This document shows, in pieces, positions 12,801 to 25,848 of a stretch of DNA of 64,000 nt. The stretch comes from Chlorokybus atmophyticus (Eukaryota; Plantae; Mesostigma and Chlorokybus algae), in assembly GCA_009103225.1 (NCBI GenBank), contig RHPI01002069.1, positions 831,378-895,377 of the forward strand. Reading direction: 5' to 3'. The number at the start of each line of letters is the position of its first letter. The first letter of the stretch is position 1. The notes below the pieces were generated by a model that was not told the origin of the DNA, did not search any database, and saw only the letters and a list, made by a program, of their open reading frames with translations. The translations under genes were made by a program, and so were the position numbers.

Positions 12801-14876
12801 GTAGTCTTTGGCAACCGGTTCCCTTGCTACAGGCAGAAGAAGATGTGGGAGCTATGCGCAACGAACTAGAAAGGCTGACAGCTGCATTGGCTGCGGCTGA
12901 GGACAATGCTAACCATGCCTCGCAGGCAGGCATGCCTTCAACGTCACCGTATAGCGAGGAGTTGCTGGCCATGCAGCAGGAGAGAGACACCGCCATCACC
13001 GAACTGAAGGTCTGCAATAGACGTGTGTTTTCAAGCAGCAGCGTGAGCATTGCCGCTAATGCTGAATTATGCAGTCGGCAATTGCCATTGCTGATGCGGA
13101 ACGTAAGCGAGCATCAATGCTTGAACTACGCGCAAATGCCGCCAATGAAGAGATGAATCGCATCACCCAACAAGTAATACAGCTGAATAACGAGCTCAGG
13201 CAACTTAAGTATGAGCTGGCAAATGCCTCCCAAGCTGTTGAGGTATGGTTATAAAAGACAGTGCAGGCTGCTTTTGTTTAGGCTTCTCTTGTCTTTGCAA
13301 CTGGGACTTTTGGCAAACACTGTCTCACAGGATGAAAGGCAACGTGCCTTGGTACTACAAGTGCAACTGGAAGATGCGGCAATACAGCGGGCCGCAGAAG
13401 TTCCACAGGTCAGCATTGTGGCAAGCAAAACAATGATGCCTGCGAGGATCGTGATGCCTGCTTGTAGGGTGTTGCGTAGTCGGCTGCTCACTGTACTGCA
13501 AAAACAGTGCTTTGTTCTAATTCACGTGTCAACTTTGAACAATCAAGTGTGTTGCATTCCTTCCTTCACACAAACAGGCATGGAGGTACAATACGTTGTG
13601 CAATGATACACGCACTTGGTACTCATGTGTCTCACTATCATATCTTGATCACCTATCAGAAGCAGGTTACTTCTTACTTCCCGAATTGTTACAACAAGTC
13701 AGTGTCATCCTTGCACCAGTTATGCTTCTACAATGGCAGACATATCGGCATATCTGTCTTCTTTTTATGACAGTGCTTCGAACTGCCATTCATGGCTCAC
13801 AATGGTGTGTGCGTGTGTGTGTGAGCAGCAGGATGCGGTGTCTGCACAGCTCACACAGGAGCTGGCGCTGGTGCAAGAGCAATTCTCAGCTGCTCAGGTG
13901 ATAAAACTCATGTACTTTGGTACGACCATACTTGTGCATGAGGTGCAAAGGTCGAAGGGACTTACAACGGAGGTGTGTCCAGACGCAACACGATGCCACT
14001 TCGCAGCGTCTGCACGATGCGGAACTGCTTGTGCAGCGGCTGTCTGCAAGCCATGGCAAGCTGCTGGCGGAGGTGAGGCTCTGCGCCTGTGAGATCGCCT
14101 ATCCACCTGCACGGTAGCTTTGTACTGAATGCCAGCCAACCATGTGCTGTGGTTCACAGATTGATTCCCAGTCATTGGAGATTGAACGGCTTTTTTCTGA
14201 AAACGCTGGCCTCAGCAAAGGCATTCGTGATGCTTCAGAGATATCTGTTAGTTGGGAACGACAGGTGCGCTTGGTTTGATGTGTCTCTGCATTGACTACT
14301 GGCCTTGAGCGTCAGGACCGTCTGCTTGCGAAGACCATCCTCCGAGTGATATCACCAAGTTGACTGATCAGTGCAAAAGCAAGAAAATCTAGTGCCGCGC
14401 ATGCATTTTGCCCGTTTTGTTCTCAGCTTACAATGGCTGGAAGGTAATGCAGTATGGGATTGCAAGTTGACGGCGTTCTTATTGCTGCTCAGGTCAAGGA
14501 GCTGATCTCTCAGAATGCAGCATTAAGAGCAGAACTGGCTGATTCCCGTGCTAAGGCTGCAGCAGCTGCCAGTGTGCCCAAGCCCGTTGTCAGCTCCTCA
14601 GGCATGGCGTTGGCCTCTGATGCAGCCAGAGCATCAGGAAGTCAGGAGAATGGGTCGCTGGCAGACTTGCAGCAGGCTCATGCACATCTAGAGGTGCGTG
14701 TCGGGGGTTTCATAGCGTGTTCAGCAATGGCTTTCCAGCTGGCTGACATCCGGCATGAACAGGCCAAGTATGCTGAGGCGCAAGAGCGTGCCGAAGCGCT
14801 CGCAGCACAGTGCGCAGAGCTGACAGCAAAGTACACCGCAACAATCCAGAGTTTCAGCTCCATAGAGCGAGCGTAA
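9871..14876 (+). CDS. BLI: BLISTER-like long coiled-coil protein (golgin-like; PRC2/Golgi-associated in Arabidopsis), >15 exons
   Basis: The N-terminus MSTVRSSREDHAAAGKRK|LQEYRLKKQQEAEDRAK resembles BLISTER ...RRQEDVEAGRRKLEQFRKRK. The C-terminal IDSQSLEIERLFSENAGLSKGIRDASEISVSWERQ|VKELISQNAALRAEL (14159-14264, then 14492 onward) resembles the conserved BLISTER block EIERLFEENSNL...WENQVKECLKQNVELR. Heptad-rich exons lie between. Confidence 0.75.
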
Positions 14877-16206
14877 GAAGCTGACTGATGTGTGCTACTT
14901 TCTGTCATTGTTGGAGGTCACAGTAAAGTCAACTTTGTCCTTCACTGGCAGGTATGACCCGGTTTTGTCGACTATTGAAATGCGACTGGTGCAAATGCGT
15001 CGGGAGGTTTCTATGTACATTGAAGGCACGGCTTGAACATTCAGGTGGTGACCCTACCTTAGGATGTAATAAGCATGCTAAGCATGGGCTTACTAACTTG
15101 CACACAATAACGTGCAAGATGCTCTGGTTGAGCAGTGCGCAATGGCTACTTGGCATGTTGATTGCTGATCGTGGACGCTTTTGTACGTGTAAGTGAGTGA
15201 AGCTTTGTTGTGCAATAGGGAGGAGCGAACATAATAGCAGTCAGCTCTGTAGGTTTGTTGTTTGGTTGATGAGTGAACAGGATTATTACTTCTCAGTCAG
15301 TCCGTTGCTGATTGTAGCCAGTCCGCCTTGCTTGTGCCACCGAGATGTATAGCGGCCGCCGTCTGTACACATCTGCCAGCGTGTGCACCCATGATCACAA
15401 GCACGAATATATAGTAGCTGTGCATACTCACTTGCTGCTTGTACAGCACTAATACTCGAAAACAGCCGCGCAGCATGTGTGGTGCACATGCGACAGTAAG
15501 ACATAAGGTGGCTGAGTTGGGCGCTGTGTTAGGCGCTCAGGTGCAATTGTGAACAGTGAATGTGTGACGGTGACGACACATATATAATCCATATCCATGT
15601 CAACAATAATTGTACACTTATTTGTAGATCATCCCCCTACCTCCTACCTGGGACATGCACACACAGCTAACCATGCGCCTCTATTTCGCAACTACCTTGC
15701 GTAGGTAGATAGCCACACCCCACATCGCATTTAGTGTACAAAGGCAAGATGATGATGGACAAACTCCGACAGACTCGTACAACGCAAGGTAAGGCAATGT
15801 ACAGGATAAGTGTGTGGCTGTTATACAAGCATGCTCACACCATGCATCACATAGCATGCGACACGCCAACACCTGCATGCTGCACGTACAACTGTGTGTG
15901 CGTAGTGTAACACAGATAAAGGGCACTTGCGGTAATAAGCGTAACAAGCAAAAGGCAGCAAGCAAATATGACAAGCAAGGCAACAGCTGGCTGGACCCTT
16001 CAGCAGCGTGGTACGTATCGCACGAGTGCAGCATGGACAACAGAACCCGAAGCTGAACAACACCTCTAGCGGTTATTGCAACACAGTTATCAGTAAATGT
16101 GTTTATCTACACCAATGGCTATACACAGCGTTATCACACTACAGCTATATACAAAACCGCTTGCACAGGGGTACCCCTACAACATCCTCCAAGACTGCTA
16201 CACCAG

Positions 16207-17821
16207 TTACCGAACCAGCTCTTTGGCCTTGCTAGACAGCAAGCCGAAAATGTCCTGTGCTTGGGAGCTTGTCGTACTGCGTTCTGGCCCAGTGAGACCA
16301 TTGCGCCGCAGCATTGCACGCGCCTTCGCCATGGCACGCATAGCAGCACGCGCTTGATGGCGCTTCACTTCTTGCACGCGTTCATCATTGGCAATAGCCT
16401 CGACAAGCTTGGCAATGTCCACACCGTTCTTGCCGACAGCCTGCTTCGCCGCATGAGGCAGCACAGCCGACGACACTGCAAAGATGCTCCACAGCCACTG
16501 CCAGTTCTCCTCGCCGTGTGCAACTTCCACATGCACCTCCGGATCATGAATGATAATGTCAGCCATCACAACAACAGGCTCCTTCACAATGCTCCTCACG
16601 AGCTGCTCCCGCTGATCCACCTTGGCTGGCACCTCTTGCGCAATGCCCCTAACCCGAACACGTTCCAACTGATGTGCCTGCAGAGCAGGGGTCTGAACGA
16701 CACCCCTAACCCTCACGCGCTCTAATTGATCGGCCTTGAAAACAGCCGCCTGCTGAACAACGCCTTTGACTCGCACGCGCTCCAACTGATCCACCTTCGA
16801 GGCAGCCAAAGGTGGTTGTTGAACAACGCCCTTCACACGAACACGCTCCAACTTGTCCGCCTTCAACACATCCACCTGTTGTGATACTCCACGCACGCGA
16901 ACACGCTGCAATTGATCTGGGGATACGGCAGATGCAGCTGGCAGATGTGCAACCACGGGTGCAGTTGAAGCTCGCGGCCATGCACATCTTGCGCCTCCTT
17001 CTAGGACCGCTGGCACTGTTGCTTGCAGCGAGGCTGCTGCCGACGCCAACCCAGAAGCCTGTGATCGCTTGGGCCACTCACACCTGGGACCCGATACCAA
17101 CTCGGTGGGAGCAGATACGAATGCAGCGGCCTGCAGTAGTGGCAAGGATGTAAGCACACGATCAGAAGTATAAGAATGTACCGCGTGCTGGCACTGGCAA
17201 GGTGATTGTGAAATGTACCTGGAGGCTCTGCATCAACTTCTTCTCCTCCCTCGGCCACGCGCAGCGCGGGCCAGCAGGAGGGCTGTCAGTGGGGCTGGTG
17301 TAGTGCCTGGGCCAGGCACAGTGCGCGCCAGGAACATATTCCACAGGAGCATGGCGCACGTCAGGGAATGATGGAACTGTGGGTCGCTCTTGCACGGGCA
17401 TGGAAGCCAACCAGGATGAAAGGCTTTTGTATGTGTGCGTGAGCAATTCAACAGCGGGAGAGGGACCAGCCAGGTCCTCCTCGTCGAGATCTTCATGGAC
17501 GGCATGGTTGAACTCCTCAACAGCACGCACACTCTCCTCGTACATCCTCTCAACGGCAGCAGCTGCCACAGCAAGTACCTTCTTGGCGCCCACAACAGCG
17601 AACTTGCTGTTCAACGAACTGCTGCTAAGAGAAGAGGATGAGGAGGCAGTCTGCTCCTCGCGCATCTGCTCAGGCATGTCTAAATCAAAGGTAGCGACTG
17701 CAACTCCATGTCTCCTCCCGCAGCCTTTCTTCCCCTTGAGTTCACCAGTACGCCGTCCAAGGCGCTGAGGACGCAGCCCAGTAACTGGCAACGCCACAGC
17801 GGCCGCCGCCACAGTAGCCAT
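16207..17821 (-). CDS. Uncharacterised ~508-aa protein with a plastid-type transit peptide and two internal repeat families (2 coding exons: 17821-17219, 17130-16207)
   Basis: Two long ORFs are joined by a canonical CAG|GTAC...CTGCAG| phase-0 intron. The N-terminus is Ala/Arg/Gly-rich without acidic residues. It carries 4x G[AP][RH]CxWP[RK] and 5x [DH][QK]L[EQ]RVRV[KR]G[VI]xQ. Confidence 0.75.
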
Positions 17822-18262
17822 TGTTGGTGACAAAACTCTCTCGGCAACCTTAGTCTCCCCAAACTAAGGCTTGCAGAAACCACTTCCACCTCTTACCGCT
17901 GTTGACTAATGGTCTCTGAGCTGCAAGAGCGCAGCAGATGCGTGAGCAACTGACAAGAAAGCACGCCAACCATTCGCAAGCGCAGTGCACCCAGACACCA
18001 ACAACTACCTTGTTGTCAGGTATAACAGCACGCACACAACTGCAAACACGCAGGACGTACCCACAGCACGCACGGACTGCACGCACAGAAATTCGAACCT
18101 CCAAAACAAACAAACACGCACACACATACTCGGCAATCCCACAAACGCACAAACACGCGCACACACAAACAAGTCCTAGGCTTACCAGGAGAGGGATTGC
18201 TTTCGCTTGCCTCCGAGGCCAAGCAGTTGTTCACGCTGCTTACTGCTGACTTGACACACTGC

Positions 18263-18270
18263 CTATATAA
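18263..18270 (-). promoter_or_regulatory. TATA-like box upstream of the repeat-protein gene; followed by a 5'-UTR intron (~18186-17934)
   Basis: TTATATAG on the minus strand, ~80 nt upstream of a CTG|GTAAGC donor. The acceptor TTGCAG| lies ~110 nt upstream of the ATG at 17821. Confidence 0.4.
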
Positions 18271-19798
18271 TCCGCTGCTGTAGCTTACTCCACCTCCGTC
18301 TGTGTGGGTTGGCAACTAGAAGGCAACACTAGCTTCCTGCAATCTACCGATGTCTTAAACCCCTCCCGTCCTCCTCGGCACTATCACCGCCGCCACCGCC
18401 GCCGCCGCCGCCGCAAGTCCCCGCGGCCTGTACAAGTTAGCCCTTCACACGAGCTCTTGGCTGCGTCACATAGATAAACGTGAAGGGATCGCATAATCAA
18501 TGCAACCCATGTCGTTATCCGCCGCTTGATGTGCACACCACGTCAGAGTCGTTTGTTTCTCGCTACCCTTCGCGTTATGCGCGCCGGCGAAGTCATGTCA
18601 GCAGGATAAGTGTCAGTGCGAAACTTTCACGCATGAGCACTGGTGCTCAATATCCGGAAGCAGATAACATAAAACCCATCTGTCAAGAGCATTTATTACC
18701 TGAGTTGTCAGGACCTCGGCCTCACATCGTGCACTGTGTCACAGACCCATGCTTCACCTACATTTGCCAACATGTGTGCATGTACTTGCCCTAGTGGGCA
18801 TGCTGTAGTGCACTAGAGTTGGGTACGTGAAGTTGTTCATGTTTACCAGTGGTCATCTATCAACAACATTTTCGGTACCTGTTATTGAGATTTTGCTGAC
18901 CACGTGGCCCGGTCGTCCCGCGTCTCTAATCCGTCTTGCAGCGTCGAACGCATTCCTCGGAGGAATGATGATGTCAAGCTTCGGGCTGTCCACGCCCCAG
19001 AATCTTCCCAAAGGCCGCGGCCTGCCCAGCAGGTGATCAGACGACGCCTGACATATCCATGTTGCACAATGCACTAGCCTAACTGGCCCTAACCTGGTTT
19101 AAACCTTGAAACTCGGTCAAGTCTCAGGGGTAAATGCCACTTTGGCAACCGCGAGACGGGCGTTTGGCGTGAGATTCCATGGTTTATACCAACCACCTAA
19201 TGGCCTCCCTAACCGAGCGTTACGCGGGGGCTCGGTTGACCGGACCAGCGGTGACTCTTTAGATAAAGACGCCGCGGGCCACGGTGTCATGGCCCGCGGC
19301 GTTCTTATCTGAAAAGGTCCTCATCGTGCAGATGTCAGACAGACTGCAACAGCCGCGGGGCTTGCCAACAAGGATTCGCTTGAACTGCAGTGAATCGGTC
19401 GCGACGCGTGCACAACGATTTTCCAACTTAATTCCTCCACCCTGACCCCTCAAAAACTTGTGGACAGGACAGATCAAGCTAGATGCCATGTGTAGTCAAC
19501 TCTGAATGAATACTTATTCTACAGGCAGCTGCCATCAATTTGCTGCCTGCAGGCCAGCTTACTTGAACTAAAGTCAGACATAGCGAACATCATCATATAA
19601 TAATAATCATACGATATAGCGAAATATAGTTTGTGCAACTACCGTAATCTAATTACGTAATACATTCAACATCAATGACAAAGAGGCATAAACAATATGT
19701 AACTGCGAGACCGAGATCATTTGTACAATAAATGTCAGTAAACAAGCTTTCTGTCTTAGAACTTATAATCATACATTATTACATTCATGTGCAACATG

Positions 19799-22700
19799 TA
19801 GGGTTGGGCCGTTACAGTGTAATTCAACTTTCGTGTAATCAATACAGTGTAATTTTACAGTGCATTTCATAAACACTGTAATTACAGTGTTTTGTGTTAC
19901 AGTCGACATGAATTACACTCAGTGTTTTGGTGTAATTTTGCTCTGGCGGCGGCGACGGACGTCATGGTGGGTCCAGCGGCGGCGGCGGCGGAGGAGGGGC
20001 ATCCTAGTGACGACATGTGAGTCATGGGCTTGAGAAAGAAGTTGTCTTCTTTTGCTATTTCTGCCCTGCAAACATCATTGTTGCTGAGCGTAGAGGGTTA
20101 AAGGGTTTCTGCATGTTGGTAGTGGTATTTTGCTGCCAGGACATGCGCATAGCTAAATGTGAACAGTCATAAGCATTGCGTGCGTTTAATGAGGCGCAAG
20201 TCTGTGCAATTGGTTTGCCCTGCATGCTGTTAGTGTTCAGGTGGTGGGAGTGTCTGTGGCTGTTGTTGTTGTTGTGTATCGTACAGTCGTTAAGTACAAG
20301 CAGTTGTTAATACGATGGTTATCGTCTCAGCAGGAGCTTGCTGAGCACAGGGCAAGCTTTGCCATCTTCATTGTCAAACACATCAAGGAAGAGAGGGCCT
20401 TTTGGACTGGAGAGATCTAACAAACGCGCAGCACATGGAGGGAGGAAGCGGAAGGACTGGGTGCGAGACGCCTTCAGCCAAATCACTGGCTCTAAACAAG
20501 TGCGCTGCAACTACTGCAGCACCGTCATTGGCCAGAGCAACATTAGCACTCAGAAGAAGCATCTCTTGAACACGAAAGCATGTGCATACTTACAACATGC
20601 AGATGCTGCTGCCAATGAAGACCCAGAAGTACAAGGCAAGTTGGTAGTTATGCAAACAGCAGAGACAAGCACTGCAGTTATGAAGGGGCCCCACCGCACC
20701 TCTACATTTCGTCTTGGATTGGATGGAATGACCACAGAAGAGATTGCAATTGCAGAGGTACGAGTTGACCACTTGCATGCGTACGCATGCGCACATGGGC
20801 CAATGGTGACCATTGTGTGTGGATGCATGCAGGAGAAGTTTGCTGAGATGATCTTTGCTACCAACACACCAATGTGGCATGTGGAACACCCAGCAGTGCA
20901 AGAGCTTTTTCGCTTCATTCGACCATCCTTCAAACTTCCCACACGCAAAGCATTAGCCAACAGGCTTTTGCAAAAGGTGTACACACGAGTGAAAAGGGAA
21001 GTAAGAAAAGAGCTTACTGTTAGTCCTTACCTTACCATCACTTCTGATGGTTGGTCGCGAAGGCAAGGTGACATTCATGTCATGAATTTCCAAGCCTGCA
21101 CCAACAACAAGTCCCTCTTCCTTGACATGACGACAGCGTCAACAGAAAGTGTAACTGGTATTTGAGTGTTTGCAACAGGCTGGGTCATCATGGCAACGCT
21201 TGCATGCTACTAACTAGATGTGTATTAGGTGATTTCATCATGCAACGCACAGTGGAGTGCTTTCAGCGTCACGAACTGCAAAACAAGGTGGTGGCATTTG
21301 TGTCAGACACGCCAACCAGCAACAAGCGTGCTTGGAAGCTCCTCGAAGAGCAAGTGAAAGGGTTGATTACTTTTGGCTGCCTTGCACATGTGGTGAACTT
21401 GCTGCTCAGCGACTATGGTAAGTTAAAGTCAATCAAAGATGTGTTGGACAAAGCAAAGAGCGTAGTGCTTTACTTCCGCGCTCGCACCAAACAAGAAGCC
21501 TTTTTTGACAAGACGCGGCGCACTCTTCAGGTCAGCACTTGTAGCACCCCTATTGTGCACGCAAATGCCGTTAGCTAATCTATGCATGCAGATCAACAAG
21601 AAGCTGGAGTTGAGCGCTGCAACACGCTTTGCTACAAGCTATCGCTTGCTGCACAGCATGGTCTGCAACAAGCCAGCGTTGAACATGGCCGTGGCCACTC
21701 TTGCATTTCAGGATCTCTGTGGCAGCACCGTCAAAGAGCGTGACGCTCTGCAGCACTTACAGAGCTTTGTGCAAATGGGGTCGTTTTGGGAGGAGCTAGA
21801 GGAGCTCACCACATTTTTGCAATTGCAACCGTTTGCCAACGCCATTGCCACATTAAAGAGCGATTCTTGCAACCTAGCTAATGCATACTGGATCTGGCAA
21901 GAGTTGCAAGCTGCTGTAGATCAGTCCTACAACTGCACCTTCATGTATGCAGACCTCAACAAAGTGCAAGACATCTGGACACACCGCAAGGAGTACGGGT
22001 GGCATGGTGTCTTTGCGCTTGCTGCATTGCTTGACCCCAAGTTCAAGTCAAAGGCACAACACATCGGTCAAGATCATCGCATACAAGCCGAGAAGTTGTG
22101 TCAGGTAAGATGTGTTTAACATGTTGAGTATGGGTTGGTTGATTGACTGTGTGTGCTGTACGTTTACTTGTGCATGGCATGCAGGCACTTGCAGGAGATG
22201 GTGTGGAGGCGATGGTTGCCGTGCGCCAGCTACAGGAGTATCGCAGAGATCCTAAGAAGTTGCTCATGCCTGCACATTCATTTGAGCCAGCATTGACCTC
22301 ATCGGCCATTGCGTGGTGGGATGAGTATGGCGAGCAATGTGATGTGTTGCGCACCGTTGCGCGCAAGGTGTTCAGCATTCCGCCTACAGCGGCAGGTGGT
22401 GAGCGCAACTTCTCCGCTTGGTCACACATCTGGTCAAAGCGGCGTGGCAGTCTGCTAGTAGGCAGGGTTGGGTTGTTGGTATATATATACTACAACCAGC
22501 GCGTTCTCACCAGGCACTCAGCGGGGGCTTCAAACAAGGATTGGACAGAGTACATAGACTACTTAAGGTCATTGCCAGCTTTAGAAGAGGAGGAAGAGAT
22601 GATGGTGCAGTTGGATGATGAGTTGCTCGATGAGTTAGTTGCAGCAATTCACGAGGGGGCCGAGGAGGATTATAATGATTGATTTGAGTTGAATGTATCC

Positions 22701-22921
22701 AAGCACCTTGCATGATTGTAAAGCAACACATGATGTACTCATAAACTTGTTACTTTTGTGAACTTCCACTGTAATTCAACTGTAACGATATTGGCAGTTG
22801 TTTACAGTCTGAATCGCCCATCATAAAATTTCACTGTAATTTACTTATGAATTACAGTCATAGTAAGTATAATATATATATAATATATAATTTCACTGTA
22901 ACATTAAGTTGCCCAGCGCTA
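19799..22921 (+). mobile_element. Autonomous hAT DNA transposon, 3123 bp, full length
   Basis: Identical 8-bp TSD GCAACATG at 19791-19798 and 22922-22929. Imperfect 11-bp TIR TAGGGTTGGGC / GCCCAGCGCTA (9/11 match). Multiple subterminal TTACAGT(G) motifs on the left and (C)ACTGTAA motifs on the right. Internal transposase. Confidence 0.95.
19964..22682 (+). CDS. hAT transposase (zf-BED, DDE/RNase-H core, hATC dimerisation domain), 6 exons, ~705 aa, no stops
   Basis: Exons 19964-20016, 20331-20757, 20833-21157, 21229-21530, 21592-22104 and 22185-22682 splice in frame (2118 nt). Motifs: W..F..V.CNYC...KKHL..C (BED finger), ITSDGW, FVSDTP, CLAH, ATRF, WW...LRTVARKVFSIPPTAAGGERNFS. Confidence 0.9.
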
Positions 22922-24771
22922 GCAACATGGTGTATTGTACGATATTATAATATGCAATATCATGATAAAAGTGATATAAGTTCACTCACGTATATTGCAT
23001 ACAGATACATAATTTGCTACAATTTATGAATATTAGCGAAGTAAGTAAGTTCGATAGACTCTCAATGCCTTAACTATTAATACACTTCATAATGCAATGC
23101 GGATCTAAATGCACGCGTCACCAAGCAACCCCTAAATCCACAAATCACCATGCTGACCGATGTTTGTATTTAACAGATGATTTTGTAATGATTTTAATGG
23201 AGCAAACTACATGATGAAGAGCTCCTACGTGTATGCAAGATTTCAACATTACACCCTCTTGGGAGAGCATCTGTGATCATGTGTAGGTCATGGAAGTTGA
23301 TACTTGCTGCATCGCTTATTGTCATATCAATGTTACTTAATATGCTTGATATTATGCAAATTTGGCAAGGTGGTGAAAGTGCATGCGGATATATAGGTTC
23401 TACATGCACAACGTGCCATGGTGTTATCACATAAGCTTGCACCATTACAATGCTTCCTAATGATGTGATTTGTATAATATATGCACACACCATAATGACA
23501 TGTGTTGCTTGTCACACATTTGTGACAAGCATATTGTAAGGTCACTTGACCTCGCAATATGTGAGTGGACGTGTGTAAATCACGTGTACACAATGACAGG
23601 AGCTCATCATGCGCTGACAATTTTAGCATGCATCTTGTAATGGTGGCCATAGTGCTGCATTTTTATTTTTAATTTTGGATGTCACATTTCTTTTTCTTGT
23701 GGTGCCCTTTTACATCAGCTTTCGAAAAACGCATGCTGATCTTCAAAGCCGACTGTTAAGAGGCAATGCCAAACATATTGCATACTAACAATCCTGTGGC
23801 CCCCAAAGTTATGAATCCGGTATCAAAATGAGTACAAGTAGTTCAAAAAGCATAATAGCCGTATTGGTATCGAAGCCCCTTGTAAAGTGAAAGGTATTTG
23901 AATTTGCCATATCTAAAATGTAAGAGTTGGCTGAGAGCGGTTGGGTCTGTGCAACAACTTAAACGCATGCGGGTGTGCGCAATTGCAACAAGCGAAAGGT
24001 ATCTTATTAATTTCCAATCACGTGTGGATAGGAACATTGGTAGCTTCCATAAAAATAGCGCGTGTTATCACAGATGTGCAGCTTTCCCTTGTATTGCTTC
24101 TTGCCTGCCTGTTCGCCTTCGCTTACGTCTTGCATGCACTTGGCTACAAGCATGCACCTAGCATAGTCGCCCCTACTGCTTGTACCTGATTATGTGGCGG
24201 TTTCTATTTAAGTGCTTGTGCTGATGTTTGTGGGAAGTGTAATAGCACTATGTGAGTTACATATTAGCATGCATGCTGAATGAGTGCGTCTGCCTTAGGC
24301 ATGCGCCATGAGGTTGTGAGTGTAATTGTAAACCCTATAGTCTTATTTCTCCCGCTGCTCTCCTGCTTGTGCATGCTTGATTGTGCATTCTTTGCATCAG
24401 TAATATTCGTAAAGCATACATAATGCAACAGTCACCAAGGCTCATCAACCACACATGCACACCTTCCAGCACACGCGGCTAGCACCGGTATACATGATGT
24501 ACATAAGGGACGCGGGGAGCAGGTTTCGTGCCCGCATATGAGTCAATGCGTTCTCCAGCCCTCCGCAGCCACTCTGCTGCTATGCTGCTGTGGCCTACTC
24601 TATGATTGTGGTGTGCTGGCCTGGTGTGTCACTTGTGCGCTGCACTATCTGCACTAACCGTTGCTGCGTGGTTACTCTGCCATTAGTCCAAAGATTTACG
24701 GGTGCACTCACCCAATAACCGCCTAACGCGAACGACCTCAGCAGCCTTTGTGTGCTGTTGCGCAGGTACAC

Positions 24772-25356
24772 AAGGGAGCAGTCCACGTTGCGGCGGCGGG
24801 GCCCAGTCAGTCGTTGGCGTCGTCGTCGTCATCGCTGTCAACAATTGCTGCTGAGCCCGGGCCTGACTTCCCGCGCCTGCTGCGCAGGTCTAGATGTTTG
24901 TAGTGTTGGCGGTTTGGTGCTGTGTAAGTAGGTCCTAGGTCCTGCGCTGGTCTGGCCCCCGCCCAAATCCCTGTTGTTAAGACATTGCCGTGTGTGTACA
25001 GCATATGCACGTGATGTATGCAACATGCACGACACACATGCATAGACACTTAACCATAACCACACTCACCTCTATCACGACCACCGGGCTAGGTGCACCT
25101 ACTACTTACTTCACTACTCTACTACCCAACCCTGTCAGCCTGCAAGCATGCATTACCTGCCACATCGCCAGTAGAGTCAGCCTTGAGTAGGACCACGTTG
25201 ACGACCAGCAGACTCCCCCCGCCACCGCTCCCAACCTCCGCCACCATGACAACCGTTGTCGCAGCTGTCTTTGCCACTGCATATGTGTGGTTTGCTGGCA
25301 CACGCATACTCCTTTCCACTCTATTGCTTGACACAACTACTTGCCGCATCCAGTGA
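24772..25356 (+). CDS. Possible small spliced gene with a C-terminal hydrophobic segment
   Basis: TTGCGCAG| acceptor then open VHKGAVHVAAAGPSQSLASSSSSLSTIAAEPGPDFPRLLR|GT. A later exon ends ...MTTVVAAVFATAYVWFAGTRILLSTLLLDTTTCRIQ*. No family was recognised. Confidence 0.2.
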
Positions 25357-25848
25357 CACTGAACAGCAACGACTGGTGCTCATACACGCGCGATCAACTG
25401 ATAAGCGGCGGGCAATAAGCGAGCTGAACTGCAGCACCAACCCAACAGAAATGCATGGGTGACTCAACGACACCGCTAGCTGCAAGCTTAAGCAACATGT
25501 TGCAATGATTAGCACAATAAACTCACCTACCCACAAGTGCCAAAGTGAGCAAGTAGCTGTGGGTGTAACCTGCTCTTCGAGGTTCCTCCAATTGCTGTTT
25601 GTTCATGACTGCAATTCTCTCATGCGCACACACTGCCATTCACACTGGTGTGCACACAGTCCACAACACCACAGCGCGCAGATCAAGCAGCATCCTTTCA
25701 TATCCACGCAGATAGTTGCGTGTGTTGACAGGATGGGACCACATCTGCACAGTGAATCGCCCAACGACTGGCAGCTACACTGCCATCAGGCTTTGGCGCC
25801 ATAAGTTGGTGCCACACAATGATGTCTATCAATGAGGTCTATGAAAAC

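Larger units (their letters stand above)
18430..24500. mobile_element. Degenerate AT-rich TE-like DNA hosting the hAT insertion; boundaries and family unresolved
   Basis: Sharp drop in GC, no spliceable host gene, hairpins and fragmentary ORFs. The sequence is compositionally continuous on both sides of the hAT TSD. Confidence 0.35.

Noticed and set aside
18441-18487. CCCTTCAC...GTGAAGGG 8-bp inverted repeat as a TE terminus
   Set aside because: Too short, no TSD, and no partner found at the far end of the region.
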